Positions 39,236-48,750 of a DNA stretch of 54,201 bases are shown piece after piece. The DNA comes from Candidatus Thorarchaeota archaeon (lineage in GTDB: Archaea; Asgardarchaeota; Thorarchaeia; Thorarchaeales; Thorarchaeaceae), in the NCBI GenBank assembly GCA_029855935.1, contig JAGSHN010000011.1, positions 1-54,201 of the forward strand, given 5' to 3'. The notes under the pieces were generated by a model, which worked only from the letters and a program-made list of their open reading frames with translations, made no database searches and was not told the origin of the DNA. Positions within the stretch are counted from its first letter, which is position 1; every line of letters starts with the position of its first letter. A program made the position numbers and the translations under genes.

Positions 39236-39778
39236 ATGGGCGACCAAGGTCATACGTACCGAGTTTACATAGACTGCTACGACGCCTACGGGTTCTACGA
39301 GGAGAACTACCGCCGCATAATTCTGGTGATGAACGCTCTGAACTCGTCGCGTCTGGTGTCTAGGGAATGGGTTTCCTCGCAGGCTGTGGGCGGGTCTTGG
39401 GCCCGATCAATACGGTGTGTCTTCGAAACGGATATAGACCCCAAGAAGATCAAGGAGCAGATGATTGGCCTGGAGTACTGTTCAGTCGGTGATCTCCCAG
39501 ATGATCTACGAAGACAGGTCAGAGAGGAGACGTTCCGATTTGCTGACATTGATGTGATTGAGGTCAAGGTGAGCTCCGGGTCTCTTGGCCGCATTACAGA
39601 CAAACTGAGGCCTAGTGAGAGAAAGGTTGAGAAGGCCGAGCTGATGGGTGACGAGGCAAGCAAGGCCGAGTTTATCTTGTCATGCCGGCGAAGGCTCCTC
39701 GACGCTCTTGATGATGCAACGCGGGAGGAGCTGTTTCGGCTGGAGTCCGAGATACTGGCGAGGGCGCTGCCCAAATAG
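39236..39778 (+). CDS. Hypothetical protein
   Basis: Protein-like 180-aa ORF divergent from the phosphoesterase, with an AT-rich promoter-like stretch at 39181-39190. Confidence 0.7.
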   Translation: MGDQGHTYRVYIDCYDAYGFYEENYRRIILVMNALNSSRLVSREWVSSQAVGGSWARSIRCVFETDIDPKKIKEQMIGLEYCSVGDLPDDLRRQVREETFRFADIDVIEVKVSSGSLGRITDKLRPSERKVEKAELMGDEASKAEFILSCRRRLLDALDDATREELFRLESEILARALPK

Positions 39779-39904
39779 GCCCACCTATGGTGCCAGTATG
39801 ATACAAATACTGTTATTAACCCCGGACGGGAATCATTACGATGTTATGGGGCCAGCCGCTAACTGCTCTATGGTCCCGCTTCCGTGGTTTGGGAGGCCCC
39901 GTTG

Positions 39905-40864
39905 ATGGTGCGACCGCAATTTAGCTTTATGTGTGGCGTCTGCAAAAGGAGGATTGACGTCGGCTCTTCTCATCTTGTGCGGATGTATATGAAAGAGCCC
40001 TCGGTGGGTCCTGCCTTGCAGAGCTCGCTGGACACATACTATGTCGAGACACAATGCGTGCCCGGTGAGATACACATCAACATAGTTGTGGTCGACGCGA
40101 ACGGTCGGTATCGTGGTACCAAACACTCGACCATAAGGTCGCTCTCTTCTGTGGATGAAGAGTCAATTGACAGCCTTCGGAAGATGTTGAGGTTCGGAGG
40201 CTCTTTCAGCAGCATTCTCACAATGGTCCTTCGGGGAGAGCCTCTTGTCATCTGTGGTGAGGAGGAGGCCTGCCAATACTGGTCACGGGCTCTGACGCGT
40301 TTCTTCGCCATCAGGACCTACGAGACCACAGAGTGGTTCTCTCTCATTGAGGAGGTCATCCGAAGGTTCGGTACGCGTGCCGACCTCAGACACGGGACTA
40401 TGGTACTATGTGATGCGGGGCTGATCAATCATGCTTTGAAGGTGTTTCCCGACACAGCTGTCGTGGAACTCCGTAGGAGGACCGTTCACAGAGGCAAGGA
40501 CTCTGTCTTTGCAAAGAATCTCGTGAAGATGTTGAACGCGATCCCCGCCTCGGAGGGCAAGGCCATGGTCACTCTCGTCAATACGCAGATTGACGGGCTG
40601 AGGACTCTGCTCACGGACATCGTGCAGCAGCTGCGGGAGCGGATAAGCGACACCCTGATTGTCGGCACCGCAAAGATGTCAGAGATCGAGCTTGTTGAAG
40701 AGTTGATGCGCAAGACGCTGTCCCCAGACTTGTACGCCTCTCTCGGTGAACATATGAAACATGAAGAACTGTTCTTGTTGGCCCCTCACATCATCAGGGC
40801 CGTCAAGCCACTCGCCGACGCCGTCAGCGCGACTTTGGAGCGAGCTGACAAGACAAGACCTTGA
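39905..40864 (+). CDS. Hypothetical protein with N-terminal Zn-ribbon-like motif and possible DENN/folliculin-like core
   Basis: CGVC...C...H near the N-terminus; ILTMVLRGEPLVICG...SRALTRFF resembles the DENN core pattern; lies 9 nt upstream of a GTPase. Confidence 0.55.
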   Translation: MVRPQFSFMCGVCKRRIDVGSSHLVRMYMKEPSVGPALQSSLDTYYVETQCVPGEIHINIVVVDANGRYRGTKHSTIRSLSSVDEESIDSLRKMLRFGGSFSSILTMVLRGEPLVICGEEEACQYWSRALTRFFAIRTYETTEWFSLIEEVIRRFGTRADLRHGTMVLCDAGLINHALKVFPDTAVVELRRRTVHRGKDSVFAKNLVKMLNAIPASEGKAMVTLVNTQIDGLRTLLTDIVQQLRERISDTLIVGTAKMSEIELVEELMRKTLSPDLYASLGEHMKHEELFLLAPHIIRAVKPLADAVSATLERADKTRP

Positions 40865-40873
40865 GGGAATCTT

Positions 40874-41476
40874 ATGACTCAGGATTCCGCGGACAGCGGC
40901 CTCCTTGACGACATCAAGGCCCGGAAGAAGACAGCCAAGATCTGTCTGGTGGGTGATGGCGCGACAGGCAAGACCACATTCATCCGCTACATGGAGTCGG
41001 GTCAGCTCGCGCTGTGTGCGACCAACATCCCCCGAACACCTTTCATTGACATCGGTACGACGAGACTGGGCGATTGCACCGTTGTGATGATGGACCTCGC
41101 TGGCCAGCGAAACCCTGACACACACCCTCTTGATCACATGCCTGTGACGGCGCTGAGAGGTGCCGATGTGCTGCTCTTCTTCTTCTCAATTGACAATTTC
41201 GGCTCGTTCATGTCGGTCGAAGCATGGTACAATGAGGTCAAGAGGCTTTTCGAGTCGTGGGGGCAGCCCATACCACCCTGCATACTTGTCGGCAACAAGA
41301 CCGACCTTGACCGGGCGGTGGAGTCCATCAACGGAGAGGAATGGGTGAGCAGTCACGACAGTTTCGTTGCGTATTACGAGATCTCCTTGGTGACGGGACA
41401 CAACGTCGTCCTACTGGTCGACGCACTGAGAACACTTCTGAGTGAGGGTCCCGAGGTGTTTGTCTCCCGGTCCTAG
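40874..41476 (+). CDS. Ras/Rab-superfamily small GTPase
   Basis: G1 GDGATGKTT, G2 Thr, G3 DLAGQ, G4 GNKTD and G5-like EISL. Confidence 0.92.
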   Translation: MTQDSADSGLLDDIKARKKTAKICLVGDGATGKTTFIRYMESGQLALCATNIPRTPFIDIGTTRLGDCTVVMMDLAGQRNPDTHPLDHMPVTALRGADVLLFFFSIDNFGSFMSVEAWYNEVKRLFESWGQPIPPCILVGNKTDLDRAVESINGEEWVSSHDSFVAYYEISLVTGHNVVLLVDALRTLLSEGPEVFVSRS

Positions 41477-41603
41477 AAGTCAATATCTGACCCCTGCTGC
41501 CCTGTCCGACGGTCATGCGATTGGTATTTATGAGGGATTTCATTTTCGCAGCGCCTGTTTCAAAGAAAGAACTACCAACCAACGAGTGCTGGAGGACTAT
41601 CGA

Positions 41604-43130
41604 GTGACAAGATACAATCACGTGACCGACGACGTCGTCAAGAAGCTGGTGTCCATCTGCGGCGAGCAGTATGTGACAACCAGCGAGCCCCTCCGCCACA
41701 GCTATATGGCGCGTGGCATAATGGGTCTGGAGGCAGTCCTTCCAGAGGTCATTGTACGCCCGGCCGACGTGGAGGAGGTATCTCAGATTCTGGTTATTGC
41801 AAACGAGCATCTGATACCTGTGACTCCCGCTGCAGGAGGCCTCAGCGGAGGCTTCGCATTGCCGGCCATCGAGCCAGGTGGCATATACATGGACATGACA
41901 CGCATGAACAGACTCACCGTCGACACCGAGAACCGGGTGATGATCGTCGAGCCCGGTGTCAAGTCGGGTGATGCTTGGAGGATCTTCAAGGTCAAGTATC
42001 CCGAGTGGGCCCCACCGATTCCGGACGGCGCGCCACCAGCCGCCACAATCCTCGGAGATGCTATTGAGCGAGGCTTCTCTCTTGTGACAGGCGTGTACGG
42101 TCCTCAGGCCGACATGATAATGGGCCTTGAGGTCGTGCTGCCCACTGGCGACATCTTCAGGACAGGATCATGGGCCCTTGATGGAGCGAAGCCCTTCTAT
42201 CGCTGGGGCCTTGGACCTAACCCTGATGGCCTGTTCCTCGGCTCTCAGGGCAGTATGGGCATAATCACAAAGGCCGCAATCAAGATTGTCCCGCACCCGC
42301 ATCACAAGACCGTGGTGGCGTATGGTGGTCAGAACTGGGACGATATCATCAAGCCGGCGTGGGAGATCTCCAAGCACGAGCTGGGCGTTGCCGAGAACAC
42401 GGTCATGGTCCAGGGAGGCAACTGGCCCCTCGTTATGACGCGCTGGCCGAAGAGCAATGTTCCGACTGACTACGAGTTCTACAAGAAGCTCGGTATTAGT
42501 GAGTACTGGATGAACTATGAGATCTGGGCATGGTCAGACGAAGAGCTTGAGTACGTGAAGAAGAAGATTGATGAGACGTACAAGTGGTATGAGGAGGAGG
42601 CAGGGACGAAGTGTCCGCAGTGGAAGCTTCATCCCAAACAGGTGGCCTCTCGTCTCAAGAAGCCGAACAAGATTGCAATACCGTACTCATTGTGGCAGGC
42701 TGGTTTCCTGTTCATCACGTGGTACACACCGTGGCTGGAGAGCCCGGCGATGATGGAGGAGTACTGCGCCAAGATGGAGGAGTACGGCTTTCCACCGACG
42801 ATGTGGGTGGCGAGCATCGACCACGCGCGTCAGGCCATCGTCATGCCCATTCTGTGTTTCGACAGCACAGAGCCGGGCATCTACGACAAGATTCGTGAGT
42901 TCAACACCGAGACCACCCGCTCGTTCCTGAAGAAGGGCTGGCTGAACTACCGGCCTGACCCGTTTGTGCACGCGCCCGAGACGTTCTCCAGAGCGCCCAA
43001 CTTCTACAGGATGCTTGTCAAGTTCAGGAAGGTGCTTGACCCGAACCTGATACTGCACCCAGGCAGACTGGCCATCCCATGGGAGGCTGTGACGGACATG
43101 CCGAGCCCGCTACAGGGCGACGGTGAATAG
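41604..43130 (+). CDS. FAD-binding oxidoreductase (GlcD/D-2-hydroxyacid dehydrogenase, VAO family)
   Basis: PEVIVRP, VEPGV, GLEVVLPTG, GSQGSMGIITK and LDPNLILHPG. Confidence 0.88.
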   Translation: MTRYNHVTDDVVKKLVSICGEQYVTTSEPLRHSYMARGIMGLEAVLPEVIVRPADVEEVSQILVIANEHLIPVTPAAGGLSGGFALPAIEPGGIYMDMTRMNRLTVDTENRVMIVEPGVKSGDAWRIFKVKYPEWAPPIPDGAPPAATILGDAIERGFSLVTGVYGPQADMIMGLEVVLPTGDIFRTGSWALDGAKPFYRWGLGPNPDGLFLGSQGSMGIITKAAIKIVPHPHHKTVVAYGGQNWDDIIKPAWEISKHELGVAENTVMVQGGNWPLVMTRWPKSNVPTDYEFYKKLGISEYWMNYEIWAWSDEELEYVKKKIDETYKWYEEEAGTKCPQWKLHPKQVASRLKKPNKIAIPYSLWQAGFLFITWYTPWLESPAMMEEYCAKMEEYGFPPTMWVASIDHARQAIVMPILCFDSTEPGIYDKIREFNTETTRSFLKKGWLNYRPDPFVHAPETFSRAPNFYRMLVKFRKVLDPNLILHPGRLAIPWEAVTDMPSPLQGDGE

Positions 43131-43187
43131 ACGTGGGGAGTTACAACACGTAACTTAATAGGGAGAATGCGAGGAGGAACAGTAGCG

Positions 43188-44492
43188 ATGACAAGTCTGG
43201 AAGACCTTCGAAGAATAAATGCTCGATGCATTCACTGTAGGGCGTGCCAATACGCCTACTCCGGTGAGCCGGACCGGCAGGGCGAGACCGAGGAGTACAC
43301 AGGAATGTTGCAGGGATGTCCGGCGGGCATCTACTATGGCTGGGAGGGATACTACAACTCCGGCAAGCAGTGGATTGCCCGTGCGTGGCTGAACGGCGAG
43401 ATTGAGCCCAGTCAGGAGCTCCTCAAGGTCGTGGAGGCGTGCACGACCTGCGGGATGTGCGAGACTCAGTGCCCCAACTATATCAACACTGTCGAGGTGA
43501 CCGAGGCTCTCCGTGCTGCGGTGATTGAGGCTGGTGTCGAGCCTCTGCCGCGTCACAAGATCATCGGTGACAGGGTCCACGACGAAGAACTGAGGAACCC
43601 GTACAACGAGCCGCGCAATCAGCGTACAGCGTGGTACGATGGAGAGGTCGACCGCAAGGACGCGAAGGTTGCCTACTTCGTCGGCTGCACCGGCTCTTAT
43701 CGGCAGCAGGATATCGCCAAACACACAGCAAGCATCCTGAAGAAGCTGGGGATTGACTTCACAGTCATGACTCAGGAGGTGTGCTGCGGGTCCCCGATAC
43801 TCAGGACGGGCCAGCGTGACAAGTTCCGCGAGGTTATGGAGGAGAACCTTGAGCTGTTCAAGGACTTCGACCTCCTTGTGTTCAGCTGCGCAGGATGCTA
43901 CAAGACCTTCAGGAACGACTACCCGCGATTCAGCGGAAAACCGCTGCCCTTCAAGGTGCGTCACACGGTCGAGCTTGTCTATGACCTCATCAAGGAGGGC
44001 AAGCTGGAGATCAAGAAGGAGTACCCCAAGAAGGTGACATGGCACGACCCGTGTCACAGCATCCGCCATGTCGGCCTTGCAATCGAGAAGGAGATTCTCG
44101 CTCAGAGCGACAACTGGCTGATTGACAGCAGAAAGGCCGAGAAGGCAAAGGAGGAGCACTTTGAGATTCCGCGTGTCGTTCTGCGTGCGATTCCTGGCCT
44201 CGATCTGCACGAGATGTACCGTATCAAGGGCGACTCCTTCTGCTGTGGCGCCGGTGGCGGCGTGAAGACTCAGTTCCCGGACATGGCCCTTGCCGCGGCC
44301 AAGGAGCGTCTCAGGGAGGCCGCATCGACAGGTGCGGAGGTCCTGATGACCAGCTGCCCCTTCTGCGTCACAAACTTCACTGACGGAGTGAAGGCGCTGC
44401 GTGAGGAGCAGGAGGCAACGGGTGAGAAGAAGCCCGGCGCTGACCTTGAGGTTGTGGAGCTACTTCAGGTACTCGACGAACTCATCGAGTAG
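43188..44492 (+). CDS. Fe-S/CCG-domain protein (HdrD/GlpC/GlcF-like)
   Basis: CIHCRAC...CP, CTTCGMCETQCP, YFVGC, CCG, HDPCH, CCGAGGG and SCPFC. Confidence 0.92.
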   Translation: MTSLEDLRRINARCIHCRACQYAYSGEPDRQGETEEYTGMLQGCPAGIYYGWEGYYNSGKQWIARAWLNGEIEPSQELLKVVEACTTCGMCETQCPNYINTVEVTEALRAAVIEAGVEPLPRHKIIGDRVHDEELRNPYNEPRNQRTAWYDGEVDRKDAKVAYFVGCTGSYRQQDIAKHTASILKKLGIDFTVMTQEVCCGSPILRTGQRDKFREVMEENLELFKDFDLLVFSCAGCYKTFRNDYPRFSGKPLPFKVRHTVELVYDLIKEGKLEIKKEYPKKVTWHDPCHSIRHVGLAIEKEILAQSDNWLIDSRKAEKAKEEHFEIPRVVLRAIPGLDLHEMYRIKGDSFCCGAGGGVKTQFPDMALAAAKERLREAASTGAEVLMTSCPFCVTNFTDGVKALREEQEATGEKKPGADLEVVELLQVLDELIE

Positions 44493-44505
44493 TCCTGAGG
44501 TTTCT

Positions 44506-44557
44506 GTGGGGGACGGCCCTCCCTCCGGTCCTCCCCACCACCTCTCTTTTTCTCTCT
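44506..44557 (+). terminator. Hairpin plus pyrimidine tract between convergent genes
   Basis: Imperfect stem GTGGGGGAC...GTCCTCCCCAC followed by CCTCTCTTTTTCTCTCT. Confidence 0.5.
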
Positions 44558-44606
44558 GTTCTCTGTCAGGGACCCCCACATACATTCCCGTCTGCCGCTT
44601 TGTTTC

Positions 44607-45383
44607 TCACGCTGCCGGGTGATTATCTCTCATCCATCGTATGACGATCTCAGTGGTCCTCCGCCTTGCCATCGGGTCGGACAGTACGTGGTCAGCACCC
44701 TCAACAACAATGAGCGACTTTGGTTGTCCTGCTCTGTCGTGAAGCCTCCGCACCCCGGCGAGGTCGATCAGCTCATCACGGTCGCCAGTGACAATCAGCA
44801 GCGGCCTTGGAGTGACTAGAGCGACATCACGTATGGGGTTGTAGGTGCGCGCATCCTCTCTCAGATGGCGCACCACTTCCTCGACATCGTCCGCTGTTTC
44901 AAGGCCGTGCATCTCGGATGGCATCTCGCGCTGCACATACTCAAGGACCTCGTATGCCGCGGGGGAGTGGGCGAACTGCTCTGTATCATAGACGGGCGCC
45001 CGGACGCAGACCGCCCCCACTGCTGGTGTTCTTGCAGCTGCGCAGATTGCGATGGCACCACCAAAGCTTGCGCCATAGAGTGCCACCTTGCCGCCACGGA
45101 CGTACGGCTGCGCAAGTAGGAATCTGATTGCAGTCTGCGTGTCCTCCAACTGCCCGGCCAGAGAGAAGGTGCCCCGGCTCCTGCGAAAGCCCCTGAAGTC
45201 AAAGGTCAGTACTGCGAAGCCAGCTCTTGCCAGCTCTGTCGCAATTCCCACCACCTGATCCGGTGACCCCGGAAGGCCGTGGAGTTTGCACACAGCCGGG
45301 AAGGGCCCCTCGCTGAGTGGAAGCACAACATCACCCCGTAGGGTGTTCCTCCCGGACCTGAGAGTGACTGGTCTCACTGACAC
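44607..45383 (-). CDS. Alpha/beta-fold hydrolase
   Basis: HG, FDFRG, nucleophile elbow GASFGG, GDRD and GADH. Confidence 0.9.
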   Translation of the reverse strand: MSVRPVTLRSGRNTLRGDVVLPLSEGPFPAVCKLHGLPGSPDQVVGIATELARAGFAVLTFDFRGFRRSRGTFSLAGQLEDTQTAIRFLLAQPYVRGGKVALYGASFGGAIAICAAARTPAVGAVCVRAPVYDTEQFAHSPAAYEVLEYVQREMPSEMHGLETADDVEEVVRHLREDARTYNPIRDVALVTPRPLLIVTGDRDELIDLAGVRRLHDRAGQPKSLIVVEGADHVLSDPMARRRTTEIVIRWMRDNHPAA

Positions 45384-45413
45384 CTCCGTCGCGGTCGTTC
45401 TCCTCTCTCCCTC

Positions 45414-47147
45414 CTACTGGTGTCTATTCAGACCGGGTGCCCTTCGCGGACGATGTTTCGCGTAGGGCAGTGTTATTACGAACTGATACTGCTGTTCATT
45501 CCTTCTGTCTTCTGCCTCTCTCCGTTCTATTGTGAGGTCCCCTCCTGCTCGGACAACGATCTCGTGTGTGATTGCTACTCCGGCCCGCCCGTCTGTTACT
45601 CTCATTGTAAAGGTGTCTGCTGGTACGGGTGACGGTTCGGAGTCCAGCTCGGGGGCGAGGAAGTGCCCGATGATGAGCTGGAGCCGCCCCTCGTCCGCCG
45701 GGTCTACGTTTGTTCTAGCGAAGATCTTCACCTCGTCTGACTGCTGCGAGTAGAGACAGTAATGAATCAACATAGAGAGAGCCATATCCAGCATTGGGCT
45801 GGCTGGGACAAGGTAGTCCTTGTCGATAGCGATGTCGGCCCTTATTGTGATCTTGGGATGCCGAATCTTGACCACCATCAACGCACGCTCGACTGCCTCT
45901 CGAACCGCTATCAGCTCCGGTGACATCTTCAGGTCGGAGGGGTACCTCTTTGAACGAGCATCCGCCACGAGCTGTGCTGTGGAGTCCACAACTCCACGTA
46001 GCTCCGCCAAAAGCGAGTCACGGTCATTGTTGTTGAGTTCTCTCTCTGAGAGAATATCAAGGCCTATTGTCAGGGCCTGCAAGCGGTTTGCCACATCGTG
46101 TGCTATCATGTCAAGGTAGGTCTCAGCGTAGTTGCGCTCTCTGATGACCACATCAAGAAGGTCTGCCAGCTGCTCGGCTCCGGCATATTGCGCGGCTGCA
46201 GTGACATCCACAATCACCACCCTGACAAGGTGCACGGTTCCATTACTGTCCTGCCAGTGCGGGCGGACCTCAATCTGGAACCTCCGGCCCGGCCCCAGCT
46301 TGTCTATGACGACACTTGGAACGAGAACGGTCTCTCCTGTCTTGAAGACACGCTTGATGGTCTCTCTCTGCAGGCCCACCACATACCTTGCGACTGCACC
46401 CGCTGGAGAGCGCGCAGAGCGGATCGTCCCTGTTCCTATTGTTGTCATCTCCACCTCCAGATCTCTATTCACAAGAATGACACTGACTTGGGGGGCGGGT
46501 GTCAGTCCAATGGTCCGAAGAGTTGTTCTCAGCCAGCCTCCAAACACGACGAGCAGACTGCCCAGTTCCATGATGTACATTGAACCAGAGATGTCAAGGG
46601 TACCGCTCAGTGCCACTGCTCCCCCGATTCCAATGGTGACGAGCCCAATGACCTGCGACATGACGGCATGGCCGACGAGCCGCAGTGCGTATCTCATAGG
46701 GCTGCGTCTCAAGATGTCAATGGCGAGTCCGCCTACCATCACCAATACGAGTAGGGCAAGAATCATCACACCCACGTTGAGGCGCGAGACTATCAGTGTG
46801 TACGCAGCACCGAACAGTGCCAGTGCCACTGGAACAACATACGTCAGGATGACCGTTCTCTGGTGAATACCAACAAGCTTCGCGAAGCGACGGGCATCTA
46901 CAAGTTCCAGACCAAGCACCGTCGTGAGCGCGGAAACAACTATTAGAAGCGCCTCTGATACGATGACTAGCTCCGAGGGGTAGACCGCTGTGCCGCGGAT
47001 GTACCAGAGTTCTCCCCCCACAAGAGTCAGCACACCGAACGCGACCATCAATCGGGACTGCCTGTCACCGTGGAGTATCGCTCTCACTCCGAAGACTAGG
47101 ACTATCGCGGCGCCCATCAGTATTGGCAGTGCAAACTCGGTCTGCAT
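45414..47147 (-). CDS. Membrane-bound histidine-kinase-like protein with degenerate ATPase domain
   Basis: About 7 TMs, a PAS-like segment and H-box IAHDVANRLQ; N and G1 boxes not recognisable. Confidence 0.75.
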   Translation of the reverse strand: MQTEFALPILMGAAIVLVFGVRAILHGDRQSRLMVAFGVLTLVGGELWYIRGTAVYPSELVIVSEALLIVVSALTTVLGLELVDARRFAKLVGIHQRTVILTYVVPVALALFGAAYTLIVSRLNVGVMILALLVLVMVGGLAIDILRRSPMRYALRLVGHAVMSQVIGLVTIGIGGAVALSGTLDISGSMYIMELGSLLVVFGGWLRTTLRTIGLTPAPQVSVILVNRDLEVEMTTIGTGTIRSARSPAGAVARYVVGLQRETIKRVFKTGETVLVPSVVIDKLGPGRRFQIEVRPHWQDSNGTVHLVRVVIVDVTAAAQYAGAEQLADLLDVVIRERNYAETYLDMIAHDVANRLQALTIGLDILSERELNNNDRDSLLAELRGVVDSTAQLVADARSKRYPSDLKMSPELIAVREAVERALMVVKIRHPKITIRADIAIDKDYLVPASPMLDMALSMLIHYCLYSQQSDEVKIFARTNVDPADEGRLQLIIGHFLAPELDSEPSPVPADTFTMRVTDGRAGVAITHEIVVRAGGDLTIERREAEDRRNEQQYQFVITLPYAKHRPRRAPGLNRHQ

Positions 47148-47265
47148 AGCACACCCTCATCGAAGCCACACCGCGGCAAGTCCCTAGTACCGGGCCTGAC
47201 TAACTCTGTATGCAATCAAGATAAACTAACCTATCTCCTATCTGTGACTATTCGGGCACATTGCG

Positions 47266-47886
47266 TCAGGACGGAATGACGACCGAGAGGTCGTTTCTCC
47301 TGAGCAGCAGAATGATTATCCAGAGCCACACAATGGCTGACAACGCGGTCAGAATCTCTGGAATCGCCACGCCAGTCCAGGGTGCTGTGCGCCCGAAGGT
47401 GATCCACCACAGATAGAACGATTCGAAGGGCTCTACTATTGACAGGACCGCGAACCACCTGAGGCCCGGGAACCTCAGCCAACTCAGGCCTATTGTCCAC
47501 ATAGCGAATGGAAAGCTGAAGAAGAAGAGAACCGAGACGAAGAAGTGGATGCGACCTGCGTTCTCCGAGAACACTCCGATGAGCAATAGTCCGATGGTGG
47601 AGACGAGGAATATTGCGAACCCGACCTTTGTGAACACGTCGGATGTCCTTCGCAGGAGCCAGACCACGAACCAGGCAACGAGCACTCCAGTGACAACTAG
47701 GCCAGCGTTGAATATGATGGCCGCCACGATGCCATTGTCGTAATTCCCAAGATCACTGAGAGCGTTGTCAAACCAGTCGAACCAGGGCGAGATTGAGATG
47801 CTGACAATGATGGCCGCGAGGGCTACGAGGGGGGCAAGGCCTCCCACAAGGGATGCGTTCCTTTCCAAGTCGATTGAGCGCACCAT
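47266..47886 (-). CDS. DUF998 family membrane protein
   Basis: SPWFDWFDNALSDLG, IFNAGL, IGVFSE...IHFFVS and AIPE. Confidence 0.85.
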   Translation of the reverse strand: MVRSIDLERNASLVGGLAPLVALAAIIVSISISPWFDWFDNALSDLGNYDNGIVAAIIFNAGLVVTGVLVAWFVVWLLRRTSDVFTKVGFAIFLVSTIGLLLIGVFSENAGRIHFFVSVLFFFSFPFAMWTIGLSWLRFPGLRWFAVLSIVEPFESFYLWWITFGRTAPWTGVAIPEILTALSAIVWLWIIILLLRRNDLSVVIPS

Positions 47887-48128
47887 ACGGAGCGGGTCGC
47901 GCGAAGGCGGTGTTAAGCATTATGGCACTGTGCATTGTGCCTGCAGCTTTCACACATGCGCGTGACTCATGTTCAGCTACCAGTCGAGTTCTCCGTGCGT
48001 TCAGTCCCAGATGTACAGGTCTCCTTCACATCTGGAGTTCGCGGCTCAACTACAGGTCACAATTAGACTTTTCAGGAGTTGTTCACACAGTCTGCTCAAT
48101 CAGTGCCGGAACAGGAAGGTCTGTTAGA

Positions 48129-48509
48129 TTGGAGTCAGGTGCAACTTGTCCCTATTGTGGGTATCACGTCACGGACATCCCAATTGATACAACTCGAGAC
48201 TCGTTCATTGTACGATGCCCCAACTGCGGCGGTACTTTTGAGTACATAGTCGGATTTGGTGCATTCGCCCCCGCCGGCGGTACTGGGCAACCTCCCTCGC
48301 AACCATCGGGGTTTGCCGAGGGTCCGACTCCCACCTATGAGCCGCGGTATGTCTCTGGTCCCGAGCAGGAGCCACAGCCGTATGTCCCTCCAACTCCAAA
48401 GGAGGAAGAGGGGCGGGGAAGCAAGTGCAAGTGCTGCTGCACGTGTCTCATCTGTATATGGATTATCCAGCTTATTGTCGTGTTGTTGATGTGGGGTTTG
48501 TCACACTAG
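48129..48509 (+). CDS. Zinc-ribbon protein with Pro-rich linker and Cys-rich C-terminal TM anchor
   Basis: CPYC...CPNC, PPSQP...EPQPYVPP, then CKCCCTCLIC and a hydrophobic tail; likely TTG start at 48129. Confidence 0.75.
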   Translation: MESGATCPYCGYHVTDIPIDTTRDSFIVRCPNCGGTFEYIVGFGAFAPAGGTGQPPSQPSGFAEGPTPTYEPRYVSGPEQEPQPYVPPTPKEEEGRGSKCKCCCTCLICIWIIQLIVVLLMWGLSH

Positions 48510-48750
48510 GCGAGTCATCGACCTGAGCAGCAGCAGTGCGCAGACACTTACTCCTCCGCATACCGTAGGCATTGTTTCATTGTGGACGACCATGACTGCA
48601 GGAGAACGCCCAGGGCTGGTGCCTTCACGCAGGCGATGCCCGCCCACTGTCTGTTCCTCGCCAGCTGATTCTACCCAGTCAAAGATAAAAGGTGGGTCTA
48701 CATTGTCCCGGATTATCAACACACACTCTGGGACTGCGAGGTGCAGCCAG

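Noticed and set aside
47853-48750. Long N-terminal extensions of ORF-track calls (47853, 48580; also 41442, 39047, 20951, 28628, 8960)
   Set aside because: The extensions are not protein-like or overlap neighbouring genes or promoters. Downstream starts with SD-like sequences fit the family boundaries better.
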